A stretch of DNA of 64,000 nucleotides, taken from the NCBI RefSeq assembly GCF_036321535.1, contig NC_087436.1, positions 77,626,001 through 77,690,000 on the forward strand, in the 5' to 3' direction. Below are positions 1 to 11,213 of this stretch, piece by piece. Position 1 is the stretch's first letter. Each line of letters starts with the position of its first letter. Position numbers and translations under genes: made by a program. The notes below the pieces were generated by a model that was not told where the DNA came from, made no database searches, and saw only the letters and a list, made by a program, of their open reading frames with translations. This DNA is from Camelus dromedarius. Its lineage: Eukaryota.

Positions 1-1545
1 CAGGGCTTTGACTTAAATTAAGGCACTGAATTAAAATCAAACCACCCAAAGAGACAGCGTGGCAGATTCTGAGACATTTATGAGAAGATATTGAAGGTTA
101 GACACAAAGTGGAGTCTAGTTAACAGCAGATCACAAGGTATCTGGAAAAATGTTTGAAAGAAGGCAATATTTGCAAGCAAAATGTGGGGGAAAGGAGCCG
201 GACTGGTTTCCCCAGTAAGACTCTACCACCCACATCCCTCTGAGTTCATTTCTTCCCAGCCAGTGTGTTCGTTTGGCAACCATCCGATTGCCACATACTT
301 AGAACAGAGTGACTTCTCTTCCTTCCATTTTAAACTTCCATCTGGGTAAAAGTATATGCTCTGGTGATTGGTATGAATTAAAGCTGGAGTCTCTGAACAA
401 GCCTGATGCGTGGCTTTGTTATAGAGGTCTGTATAATATTATCCTGGTGTCATGGATTATACAAATGTGCACAAATGGCAGTTTCCTCCTTTTCCTTCAC
501 ACAATGTTAGAAATGAGTAAAATATGTGTCTCACTGCACTTCCCTCGTACTTGGGGACTCAATGAACTCATTATAAGTTTCCAGATCTTTTTTAAATGTT
601 TTATTTTTTTCTGAAATATGGTTTTGATCAAGAACATAATTTCACGATTGCGTGTATGTTTCTGAAACAAATATGTATGTGAAACAAGTGCACGGAGGAG
701 GGCTCAGGCTCTGGTGACCAATCCTGGGACCGGGGATTCTTGAGTCCAACCTCAGCCTTACCATTAGCTCATTCGATGATCTCAAGAGCAAGAACCAACT
801 TCTGCCCTTACTAATCAGTCGCCTCTTCTGTTACCTTCATTTCTGCATTTGAAGAATTGGAAATACAGTTGGCCAGTTTCAGTCATTTGGTCAAACTCTA
901 CAGAAGAATTCAAGTTAAACCCATGTAATGTCATAAACTTTAGACAAGCTCCACAACAGCATTAATTCTTTAGGACAGTTTTGAAAGCGTGGCTCATTTT
1001 TTTAGCTATGTTCTCTGAACATGGAGCTATACGGTCTTGCTTATCTACCCTCATCCTGCACCCTTAACTTTGTGAGGCAGGTAGAAGAAGGTGTAATCCT
1101 TGTTTTATGGTCAACACCAGCACTAACAGCAATAATAATAATTTGTCCTGAAGAAACACTTACCGGACCCCTTAGGAATGGATTTACACACATCTCATTT
1201 AATTCTGACGACAGGAGAAGAAGGCACTCTTCCATTTTGTGAATGAAAAATGGAACTTTTTCTCCCAAAGTTATATAGTTAATAAGTGACTGAGTCAGTC
1301 CTTGAGTCAAGGTGAGTCTCCTTTCACCAATGCTGGTAACCAGTAGGCTCTGCCTCACATAAGATGCTCCTGTGACACTGGGCCAAATTTATAGGAATAT
1401 TTCTCGGTAATCTCTGATTTAAAAGCCAGAGCTCTCAGCTCTCACACCACTGAGTTCACTACTGTATAAAGGAAAGAGCAAAAGACTAAAAATGTCTGAT
1501 CCTTGCTGTGATATTTATCCAGTTTATAAAATTACTCCTGTTATC

Positions 1546-2751
1546 TTTTTGTTTAATTGCAGTGAAAATCACATAATTTAAAAATAGTTATCTTTAATTG
1601 AGCAATTCAGTGGCATTTGATACCTTCACGATGTTGCGCAACTACCAAGTCTACCTAGTTCCAAAATATTTCTCTCATCCCAAAGTCAAACCCCCTGCCC
1701 ATCAAATGGTTTATCCATATCCCTCCCTCTCTTCAGCCCCTGGCCAACACTAGTCTGCATCCTGTTTCTAGTGATTTACCTGTTCTGAATATTTCACATA
1801 AATGGAATCATACAACATGGGATCTTTTCTGTATGGCTTCTTTCATTTAACAAAGTGTTTTCAAGGTTCATCCACATTGTAGTATCTATCAGTACTTCAT
1901 TCATTTGCATGGCTGGATAATATTCCATTATATGACTGTATTACACCTTACCATTGATCCATTGATAGACATTTGAGTTGTGTCTACCTTTTGGCTATTG
2001 TGAAGAGTAGTGCTGCTTTAAACACGCACGTACATGGACTTGTTTGAATACTTTCAGTTCTTTGGGGTTTATACCTAAGAGCTGAATTGTGGCGTCTCAT
2101 GTTGTTACTATGTCTAACTTTTTGTGGAACCACCAAACTGTTTCCCACAGTAGCTGAACCATTTTACATTCCAAACAACAATGTAAAAATGTTCCAATTT
2201 CTTCACAACCTCACTAACACTTGTTATTTTGTTTTGTATTATTATAGCCAGCCTAGTGTGTGTCAAATGGCACCTCATTGTGGTTTTGATTTGCATTTCC
2301 CTGATGACTAATGCTGTTGAGTATCTTTTCATGAGGCTGTTGGCTGTTTGTACATCTTAGGATACATGTCTATTTGATTCATTTACCCATTTTTTTTTAT
2401 TGGTTTGTTTTGTTGTTGTTGTTGAGTTGCAAGAGTTATTTTTATCCTCTGGGTACTAGATTTTATCATATATATGATTTGAAACTATTTTCTCCATACT
2501 GTCAGTTGTACAGACTTTCTTGATAATGTTTTCTGATGCACAAAATTTATAATTTTGATGAAGTCCAGTTTATCTGTTTTATTGATTTATCTGTTATTTT
2601 CTTCTGTTACTTACACTTCTGGTGTCATATTTAAGACTCCACTGTCAAATCCAAAGCCAAGAAGATTTTCCTCCCAGTTTTCTTCTAAGAATTTTAGGGT
2701 TTTGTATTTAAATCACTGGCTTATTTTGTATATGATGTGAAGCAGGGGTCC
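1546..2751 (-). mobile_element. 5'-truncated older LINE-1 (ORF2 end plus 3'UTR), antisense in BMP3 intron 1
   Basis: Typical L1 antisense text (tggaaccaccaaactgtttcccacag, cattgtggttttgatttgcatttccctgatgactaat). The minus ORF 2114-2332 resembles ORF2 (IREMQIKTTMRCHLT). Degenerate TSD TTACTCCTG(C)TTA at 1532-1543 and 2755-2767. Confidence 0.85.
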
Positions 2752-2791
2752 TATTTACTCCTGCTTACTTTCTTTTTTTTTTCCTTCCTAG

Positions 2792-3702
2792 GAACCCTTG
2801 AAACCACAGAACTGCATATTTTTAACTTGACTTCTCTAACCAAGTCTGAAAACATTTTATCTGCCACACTGCATTTCTATATCGGAGAGCTAATAAATAT
2901 CAGCCTGAGTTGTCCAGTGTCCCAAGGATGCTCACATCATGCTCAGAGGAAGCACATTCAGATTGACCTCTCTGCATGGGTCCTCAAATCCAACAGAAAC
3001 CAAAGTCAACTCCTGGGTCATCTTTCAGTGGATGTAACCAAATCTCATCGAGACTTTGTGTCCTGGCTATCTAAAGACATCACTCAAGTTTTGAGGGAGG
3101 CCAAGGAAAATGAGGAGTTTCTCATAGGATTTAACATTACTTCCAAAGGACAACAGCTGCCAAAGAAGATGATACCCTCTCCTGAGCCTTATATCTTGGT
3201 GTATGCCAATGATGCTGCCATTTCTGAGCCAGAGAGCGTGGTATCAAGCTTGCAAGGACATCGGAATTTCCCCACTGGAGCTGTGCCCAAACTGGATAGC
3301 CGTATCAGGGCTGCCCTTTCTATTGAACGAAGGAAGAAGCGCTCTGCTGGGGTCCTGCTGCCTCTGCAGAACAACGAGCTTCCTGGGGCAGAGTACCAGT
3401 ATAAGGAGGACGGGGTATGGGAGGAGAGAAAACCTTACAAGACTCTTCAGACTCAGCCCCCTGAAAAGAGCAAGAACAAAAAGAAACAGAGAAAGGGACC
3501 TCACCAGAAGAGCCAGACGCTCCAGTTTGATGAACAGACCCTGAAGAAGGCAAGAAGAAAGCAATGGATTGAACCTCGCAACTGCGCCAGGCGGTACCTG
3601 AAAGTGGACTTTGCGGATATTGGCTGGAGCGAGTGGATTATCTCCCCCAAGTCCTTCGATGCCTATTACTGCTCCGGCGCGTGCCAGTTCCCCATGCCGA
3701 AG
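2792..3702 (+). CDS. BMP3: BMP3 coding exon 2 (prodomain, basic cleavage sites, start of the mature TGF-beta domain)
   Basis: Translation matches BMP3 ([18 protein letters not shown]...ERRKKRS...[53 protein letters not shown]). Polypyrimidine tract plus AG at 2790-2791; donor AAG|GTAGAC at 3703; 911 bp, phase 1 start, phase 0 end. Confidence 0.98.
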
Positions 3703-5617
3703 GTAGACGTTGTTCTTTGTCCTGGGCTTCCTCTTTCCACAGGGTAGAAAGACACGAGTTGAGTGTGTGTTTTCATTTACAGAGTCCATGTGGACCTTTA
3801 TTTATTGCATTCTAAAGTGTAATTGGTTACATGCTTATGCTTGGCTTTTCTTTAATGGTTGTTAGAGTAATATGAAGTCAATATTGGTATGAAGAAGGTT
3901 ATGAGGAAAAAATGTGCTTGTAAAACATATTTTCCTCTTTGCTTCCAAACACTGTGCATATTTAGCTACATGGTCACATGCGTATTAACACCTGTCCACA
4001 ACAAGAAAGCCCCAAATGGTAGAAGGCTGATCTTTGAGGGGTACTCAGGGAATGAGTGAATGTCATGAGAGCAAAGGGAAGGACTAATTGGATTGATACC
4101 ATGATGCAGAACATTTTAATCGTCTCTTGTGAGATGACCCCATGGGGGTCAGAATTCAGATTAGACCAGGTAAACTTGCCTCAGGAAATCCACCAGATTC
4201 TTATTTCATTTGCTTCCCTGAAAATAGCAGAAAAAGAAGTCATAATAGGATACAATGACTCTGTAGACTTCTAAGACTTATTTCAACCGCTCAGAGCTTA
4301 CCGGTGTCTCTTCCAGAATCAATAGGGACTGAACCTTATCATATCAGAACTCAGGATCCTGACAAAATATATTCTCAGAAACCTCCACAGCTCAACCTCC
4401 ATCTTGCATAGCAAGTCCAAGGGACTGGTATCTTTGGATTTAAAGTAAATAAGATATAGTGGCGCCCTCTGGTCTTCAGTTAAGTTTGTTGCTGCACTTA
4501 CATCCTTAGCTTGTAACAATTTGAATCTCTGTTATACAATGAAAAGGGGTGCTAGGAATAAAATTCAGGGGAAGAATAGTGGGTTTTTTGTTTTGGTTTC
4601 TTTTCTTTCTTTCTTTCTTTTTTTCTTTTTTTTTTTTTTTTTTTTGCAAAGCTTGAAGTGAATCAACTCTGGCTGTGGTATGTTAATTGAGATAAAATCC
4701 CTTTGCCTCAAAAAGTGACCGACTTCCGCTGATAGATCTTTAAAGTAGCATGTTCGTGTTGCAGTCCTGTGGCCACTGGGATGCTTCGTGTAACACACAC
4801 GTAAAGCAAAGGGCCAACTAAACAAGGCCAGGTCGGCCTCAGGTCAGGAACTTGATTGAAATCCCATTTTATAGTCAGAATGTCTCAGAAGGACACGCTT
4901 TCTAAATTTTCTCGACCTTGTGGATTCCATGTTTTGTGAATCCAAACACAAAGTAAGGATTATATACATTTACAATGACATAAACAGCCTTACCTTGTCT
5001 AAATATTCATAAAGGAGTTTTACTGATCAATCAAAACTTGTTCAAACTGGGATAGAATTTAAAACACACAGCCAAGATGCCCAGAATAACAGGCGATGAT
5101 GAATCTTTACAGTGTGGCTTGCTTTGTGGCGTTGAGAAGTAGAAACAGATTAAAAATGGGTTAAAAACAGATTAAAAATCTAAACCTGGGGTGACTGATT
5201 TTAAATGAGTCTCGGAGTCTTCCAAATCATTCCTCTCACTCTCACAAACTGATTTCTTCTAGGTAGCCTGGGGAAGGCACTTTTCTCTTCCCTCCTGACT
5301 CCAGAGTTTAGGGCCCAGGGAGCCATGATAACGTGGAAATACTCAAGCCAGTTAGCTTTTCCACCTTCCCCTCGGGAGACCGAGACCTAGCCTGGTCTCC
5401 ACCGCTCTCCCAGCTTGCCTCTCCCACCCCCTGTTGGCTTTGCTTTCTTTCACTCTTTAAAAGCCTCACTGTTGCTTCAGTTATCTTCATTGTGGTTCTC
5501 ACTGACCTAAAGAATAATGATTTAAAAACTTGTGAGAGGTAAGTTAAGGATAGAAGAGATACGTTTAAGGAGAGAAGTGTTCATGTAACAGAATGATTAA
5601 ATACTTTAATCACATCT

Positions 5618-5760
5618 GGGCTTCTTAACCTTAATGTGCCTGCAGTTTGCCTGGGGATCTTGTTTATCCACGGATTCTGATCCAGTGGCGCTGGGGGTAG
5701 AGCCTAAGATCCTGCGCATCTAACAGGCTCCTAGATGTTGCTGGTGCTGCTTGTCCACAA
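5618..5760. mobile_element. MER5A-like hAT-Charlie MITE
   Basis: cctggggatcttgtt...gattctgatccagtgg...ctggggtagagcctaagat...ctaacaggctcctagatg resembles the MER5A consensus. Confidence 0.7.
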
Positions 5761-7230
5761 ATTCAAATCCTTTTGGCTTAAAACTTCCATCCACCTCTTA
5801 CCAGCGACTGCTTTTAGGGGGAAGTTACTCAAGCTTTCTATATGTTCCTTTCCTCATCTCTGAAACAGGTACAAACAGTAAACAAAAATATAATAGTATC
5901 TACCTAATAAAAAATGGTGGGAAAATGAGACCGTAGAGCACCTTACACTTAGTAGGCACTCAGTAAATTTTTGCCATTGACATAATTCCTAATGGCCATT
6001 GCTGAGACTGAGGAGAACAGAAAATCGAATGTAGGGGGCTGAAGAAAGACCACACAAGAAAAGGGATCAAGAGGATAAAAGATGTAAGACAAGAAAATGT
6101 TTTGTAAATGTTTCTTATCCCTCTTTAAATATCACAAAGCCTAAAATAGGATTCTCCCTTCGGGTCCCGCAGTCTGTAAGTTCTTTGGAAAGTAACAGAG
6201 TCAGGAGAGCATCGGTTACAGCAGCTGAGCTCATGATAATATTTGTCAGAACTTGGAATGTCATCAGAACTCCAGGGAGACATAACACGGATGAGTGTGG
6301 AGGTTTCTCTCTGAGTTTGAGATTTCCTTTTGCCAAGTTGAGAGTGGAAGTTTGGCTGTGACATGGAGTTCCCAGTCTCTCATCACCTTGTGTGGATCTG
6401 CTTAATTTTTACAGCTTTCCAGTGGTTCCCTTGAAGCCTTCCAGGCATGGTGTCTTTCAAGTGTGCAGTCACCCACAGGATGGAAGCTGTGACATTAGGG
6501 GTAATTAATAAGCACCGTTGTTATCAGCACAGAGTCCAACATGGTAACCAGAGTAAACTACTTAAATAAAAATATAGTCTGAGCAACAGAGGGAAAAAAG
6601 GTCTCTGACCAGATCAATACAAACACATGTGGAATCAGTGAGGCGCCAAAGAACATTCAGACAGTAGATATACATTTTGCCCCAGAGAAATGTTCTCCCA
6701 GTCCAGATCCTCTGCTGGGCCTCCTTCCTTCTGGCCTCCTGAGTGACAGCCTGCTCTCCAGAGCTGGGCTCTTCGTCTGCAAAAGTCGACAACCTGTCTG
6801 TAATTCAGAACAGCTGTGTTCTGCCTTTCCCAAATTCCAGGCTTTGCCCTTTCACTGATTCCAATTAGATAGTTTCTGGGCTATCACACCCATGTGGGCT
6901 GGACTGGAAGAGCATGGAGCAAAACCCCGAGTGGCCCGAGTTAGCAATGAAGGCTCTGAGCTGATGACATACTCTCTGCTGCTAATGCATTTGTAACCAA
7001 ATCCAATGTGAGGACATCATCCGCAGCTTGGCAGGTGTGTGCCTGACCCCTGCAGGTTTCATTCACAGACACGGCAGCTTGGGTTTTTCTGATTTCAAGC
7101 CCATATAGCCGATCTGTCCTCCCCAGGAGAGACCCCTGGAATTCTGCCATGAGATGAAAAATACCCACACGGCTTTCGCCAAACCTTTGCCTCCCCTCAC
7201 CACTGTAATAGAGATGGAAAACAGATTTCA

Positions 7231-8117
7231 TTTATTTTATTTTATTTTTTTATTGAAGTATGGTCAGATTACAATGTGTCGATTTCTGGTGTACAGCATA
7301 GTGTTTCCATCATACATATACATACCTATATTCCTTTTCATATTCTTTTTCATTATAGGTTGCTACAAGGTATTGAATATAGTTCCCTGTGCTATACAGT
7401 ATAAACTTGTTGTTTATCTATTTTATATATAGTAGTTAGTATCTGCAGATCTCGAACTCCCAGTTTATCCTTTCCCACTCTCTTCCCCTTTTGGTAATCA
7501 TTAGTTTGTTTACTATGTTTACTATGTCTGTTTCTGTTCTGTAGACAAGTTCATCAGTGTATTCTTTTTCCTTTTTTAAGATTCCACTTATGAGTGATAT
7601 CATATGGTATTTTTCTTTCTTTTTCTGGCTTATTTCACTTAAAATGACGATCTCCAGGTCCATCCATGTTGCTGCAAATGGGATTATTTTATTCTTTTCT
7701 ATGGCTGAGTAGTATTCCATTGCATAAATATACCACATCTTCTTTATCCAGTCATCTGTCAATGGGAATTTAGATTGCTTCTTTGTCTTGGCTGTTGTAT
7801 ATAGTGCTGCTATGAACACTGGGGTTCATGTATCTTTTCAAATTAGAGTTCTCTCTGGATATATGCCCAGGAGTGGGACTGCTGTGTCACATGGTAAATC
7901 TATTTTTAGTTTTTTGAGAAATCTCCATACTGTCTTTCATAGTGGCTGCGCTGAACTAAATTCCCACCAACGGTGTAGGAGGGTTCCCTTTTCTCCACAC
8001 CCTTTCCAGCATTTATCATTTATGGACTTTTGAATGGTAGCCATTCTGATTGGTGTGAGGTGATACTTCATTGCAGTTTTGACTTGCATTTCTCTGATAA
8101 TGAGTAATATTGAACAT
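7231..8117 (-). mobile_element. Relatively young 5'-truncated lineage-specific LINE-1 in BMP3 intron 2
   Basis: ORF2 C-terminus in minus ORF 7436-7819 (MFIAALYT...[16 protein letters not shown]...FAATWMDLE), 3'UTR and T-rich tail; perfect 16-bp TSD TGGAAAACAGATTTCA at 7215-7230 and 8118-8133. Confidence 0.93.
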
Positions 8118-10689
8118 TGGAAAACAGATTTCAGATGAAAATGACTGAGCCATTGTTGTTGACAGAGGTCCAAGGGAACCAACGAGGATTAGAGGAATGA
8201 AGTTATTTTTGCATGGAATGGTGCAAAGGCTGGGAATAGCAAAGACACAGAAGTAGGAGGCAAAGAGGATAAACACTTTGAATGAAGCGTCCTATAGAAA
8301 GAAGAAATCCACAAATGAGTTCAAAATAAGACACCCTCAATTCATTTGCTGAGGTTTTCAATTCCAATCTTTAGTCATGAAGATGAACTCAGAAAATCCT
8401 ACACTTGATATGCTGAGTTAACTAAGCAAAAAAAAAAAAAGAACCTAAATGGATGTCAACATCATGTTTCACCATCTTTAAAAAGACAGACTGGGGAGGG
8501 AAATAACACAGGTTTGCATTTGTCATCATTAGGTTTCTTAAGCTATGTAAAGAGAGTCCTGAGAAGTGTGAACTAAACTCAAAAACAAACAAAACATTAG
8601 ACTAGCAAATGACCGCGTGGAGCTTTTGTACATGACATAACTATTCTGGGTCACAGCAGCTTGATCAGAGGATTCCACAGTGGAAAAAAGAGGGGGGAAA
8701 CTCCCTAGAAAATTGAGAGGTTCCTGATAAGACCCACCAGTCCGGAATCAAGGGCTTGTGCCTGGATTCCAGGGAGCCCACCAGAGAGACTGCTCATAGT
8801 TCCTGAATCTATGATTTGTGAGTTAGAGCTTAAAAAAAAAAAAAAAAAAGGACAGGAATTTTCCTAGGAAACACCCATGAATATTTTCCATATCTACGCC
8901 AGGTCATTTGTTCAGACACTTTTATTTTTGTTGATGGGAATTATTTCCACAGAAATAGGTAAAATGGAGGGTATGCTATTTTTTTTTTTATAAGTATTGT
9001 GTCCATTTGGCAAGTATTTATTCAGTGTGTAGAGAGTCTGCGTTGCTCTAGGCACTGAGGACTGGTAACGCACAGCAGGATTTATGGATCAAGTCCTCAT
9101 CTGCTTAAATAGATCTACTTTTTTATGAAAATTAAATAGTATAGGAATGAGTAAAATTTTAATAGTAACAGAATAATGTCAGAAAAATCTACGGTTTAAA
9201 AAAATCCTTTGGGGCATTATTGTATGCTGTTTGGATGATTGAATCTTAAGAATAAAACAATAGAAGAAAAGTGGCTGCAGACGTTCTCTTCAGATATTAC
9301 CAACACTGGTGTATGTCATCAGACGGTGGCGACTGGCCGCTCTTGCACTCTGGGGATTACAGGTTGTGTTAGTTACACAGGTGGTATTGATGCCACGGGG
9401 CACTCGATACGCAAAATAGAACAACATAGACTTCCTGTCCTTCAGGGGAGAGAATACCTTGCTTTGAAAAGCTGATTGATTAAAAGTTAACTATTCTTTT
9501 TAACATACACTTAAAGTCTCTAGGAAGAGAGAGTAAATAAAGGAGCTGGCCATCATCAAGGCAAATGTTTAAATAACATGCCTGTTAGCAATCATGTTGA
9601 AGTCTAAGGTATGAATAATTTTTTTGTTCACTAGAAGGGAAAGATGGGATGAGATAAGTCAGATTTGACCTTTCTCTGCCAAAAAGACTATTATTATTAT
9701 TGTTGTTGTTGTTGTTTATTTGTTTTACAGTATGCCCTCTTTCTAGATTATTTGCTTCTCCCTTGGCTCGTATGTACTCTTAACCTTTTAACTGGTTCCA
9801 GTTTCCCATTTTGGGTGTTTTAGGTGTATAAAATTGAAATACCAGTTCATTGGGGGCAGAGGTGCCTCTGAAACATGGCTCAAAATTGTGAAATTAAATA
9901 AGCCAGAGTTTTGGCCTAAATCCCACTCCTGAATTGACATGTGATCTCTGGCCAGTTACCAAATTCCTGCTTCTACATTCTTTTGAAACAAAACTGTTTT
10001 CATCTGCTTCACAGAGACAGTGGGAGAACTAATGTTGAAAAGTGTGGCATCTCTCAGGAAGAGGTCCTTACCCCTCTGGCAATACCGAAACATTCTGGGC
10101 TTAGAAAAGTGACTGGTCTTCAATGCTGAGCAGAGCCGGATGACGCTCTAAATAAAACCACATGTCTCCCATGGATGTTAATGGTCCCATTTGGTATTTC
10201 TCGGGAACAGATTTTACCCAGGCTTCTTTGGTCAAACTTCTGACATTCATGGGATAACCTCAGGCCCCCCAGATTATTTCCAGAGGATATGCCGCAGGCT
10301 TTCAAAACCGCGCTTCAGCCTTTGTCTGAACCCATGGAGCAACAGTGACCCCCAGTGGCCAATGGAGTCTTCTTAACCCCAAGTTTGTGCTCCTGAGACT
10401 TGAGTACTGTAATTACATGTTAGAATAATCACCATCAGTTCATCCTGTTGCTAGCCATTACATAAATCAATACTTCTTGACACGCTTGGTGTTTTTTTTT
10501 TTAAAACAAGGTATAAATATCACCATGGCAGTGGCAAAAATATCTATGTTAAATAGGCGCTTGTTAAGGGTTCTTTACCATTAGCATAGGATCAAGAACA
10601 AATTGTTTCTGCTGCAATCTTGTTATTGAAAACATCCTAGGATGTATTAATCCCCTGTTTGGACTTTAAGTCACTTTTAATTAAATGAT

Positions 10690-10870
10690 TCTTGCTTAGA
10701 AAACTGGATTTAAATCCTCACTCTATGTGTCTACCTGACTTTAGACATGTCGTTTAAGCATTTTGAGTCTGTTTCTCTACCTGTAAAATGTAAGAAATGG
10801 TAGTTTTGTTATAAGGATTAGAAAGACTACATATAACATGCCTGGCACATAGCAGGCACTTAGTAAATGA
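10690..10870 (+). mobile_element. MIR SINE remnant just upstream of BMP3 exon 3
   Basis: gagtctgtttctctacctgtaaaatg...cctggcacatagcaggcacttagtaaatg matches the MIR core. Similar MIR relics lie at about 5830-5975, 17485-17715, 25810-25995, 33835-33950 and 55280-55510. Confidence 0.7.
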
Positions 10871-11021
10871 CAACTCTTTTGGTGATGGTGATATTGGAGA
10901 TTGGGCTGAATGTGTAACGTGCCAGGGCTTAAGTTGTTGAAACAAAGTTCATGATATGTACATTTTAGTGATGAGGGGATACAATTCTACCTAACGTATG
11001 TCCTCCCTTTTCTTTTTCTAG

Positions 11022-11213
11022 TCTTTGAAGCCATCAAATCATGCTACGATCCAGAGTATAGTGAGAGCAGTGGGGGTCGTCCCTGGAATTCCTGAGCCCT
11101 GTTGTGTGCCGGAAAAGATGTCCTCGCTCAGCATCTTATTCTTTGATGAAAATAAGAATGTGGTACTTAAAGTATATCCAAACATGACAGTAGAGTCTTG
11201 TGCTTGCAGATAA
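11022..11213 (+). CDS. BMP3: BMP3 terminal coding exon 3 (C-terminal cystine-knot half)
   Basis: Branch point CTAAC 10991-10995, pyrimidine tract, AG 11020-11021. Encodes [63 protein letters not shown] with TAA at 11211-11213, in frame with exon 2. Confidence 0.98.

Noticed and set aside
2737..2791. N-terminal extension of the 336-aa ORF ([18 protein letters not shown]) resembling a signal peptide
   Set aside because: It starts at a GTG in L1 sequence and translates the polypyrimidine tract; the real exon begins after the AG at 2791.
3703..3747. Read-through of BMP3 exon 2 into the intron, giving a truncated isoform
   Set aside because: A canonical donor is present at 3703 and a short chance open frame is expected; there is no transcript evidence.
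3203..3789. Overlapping alternative-frame and antisense ORFs (113 aa, 181 aa) over BMP3 exon 2
   Set aside because: Typical shadow ORFs of a coding exon, with no recognisable protein features.
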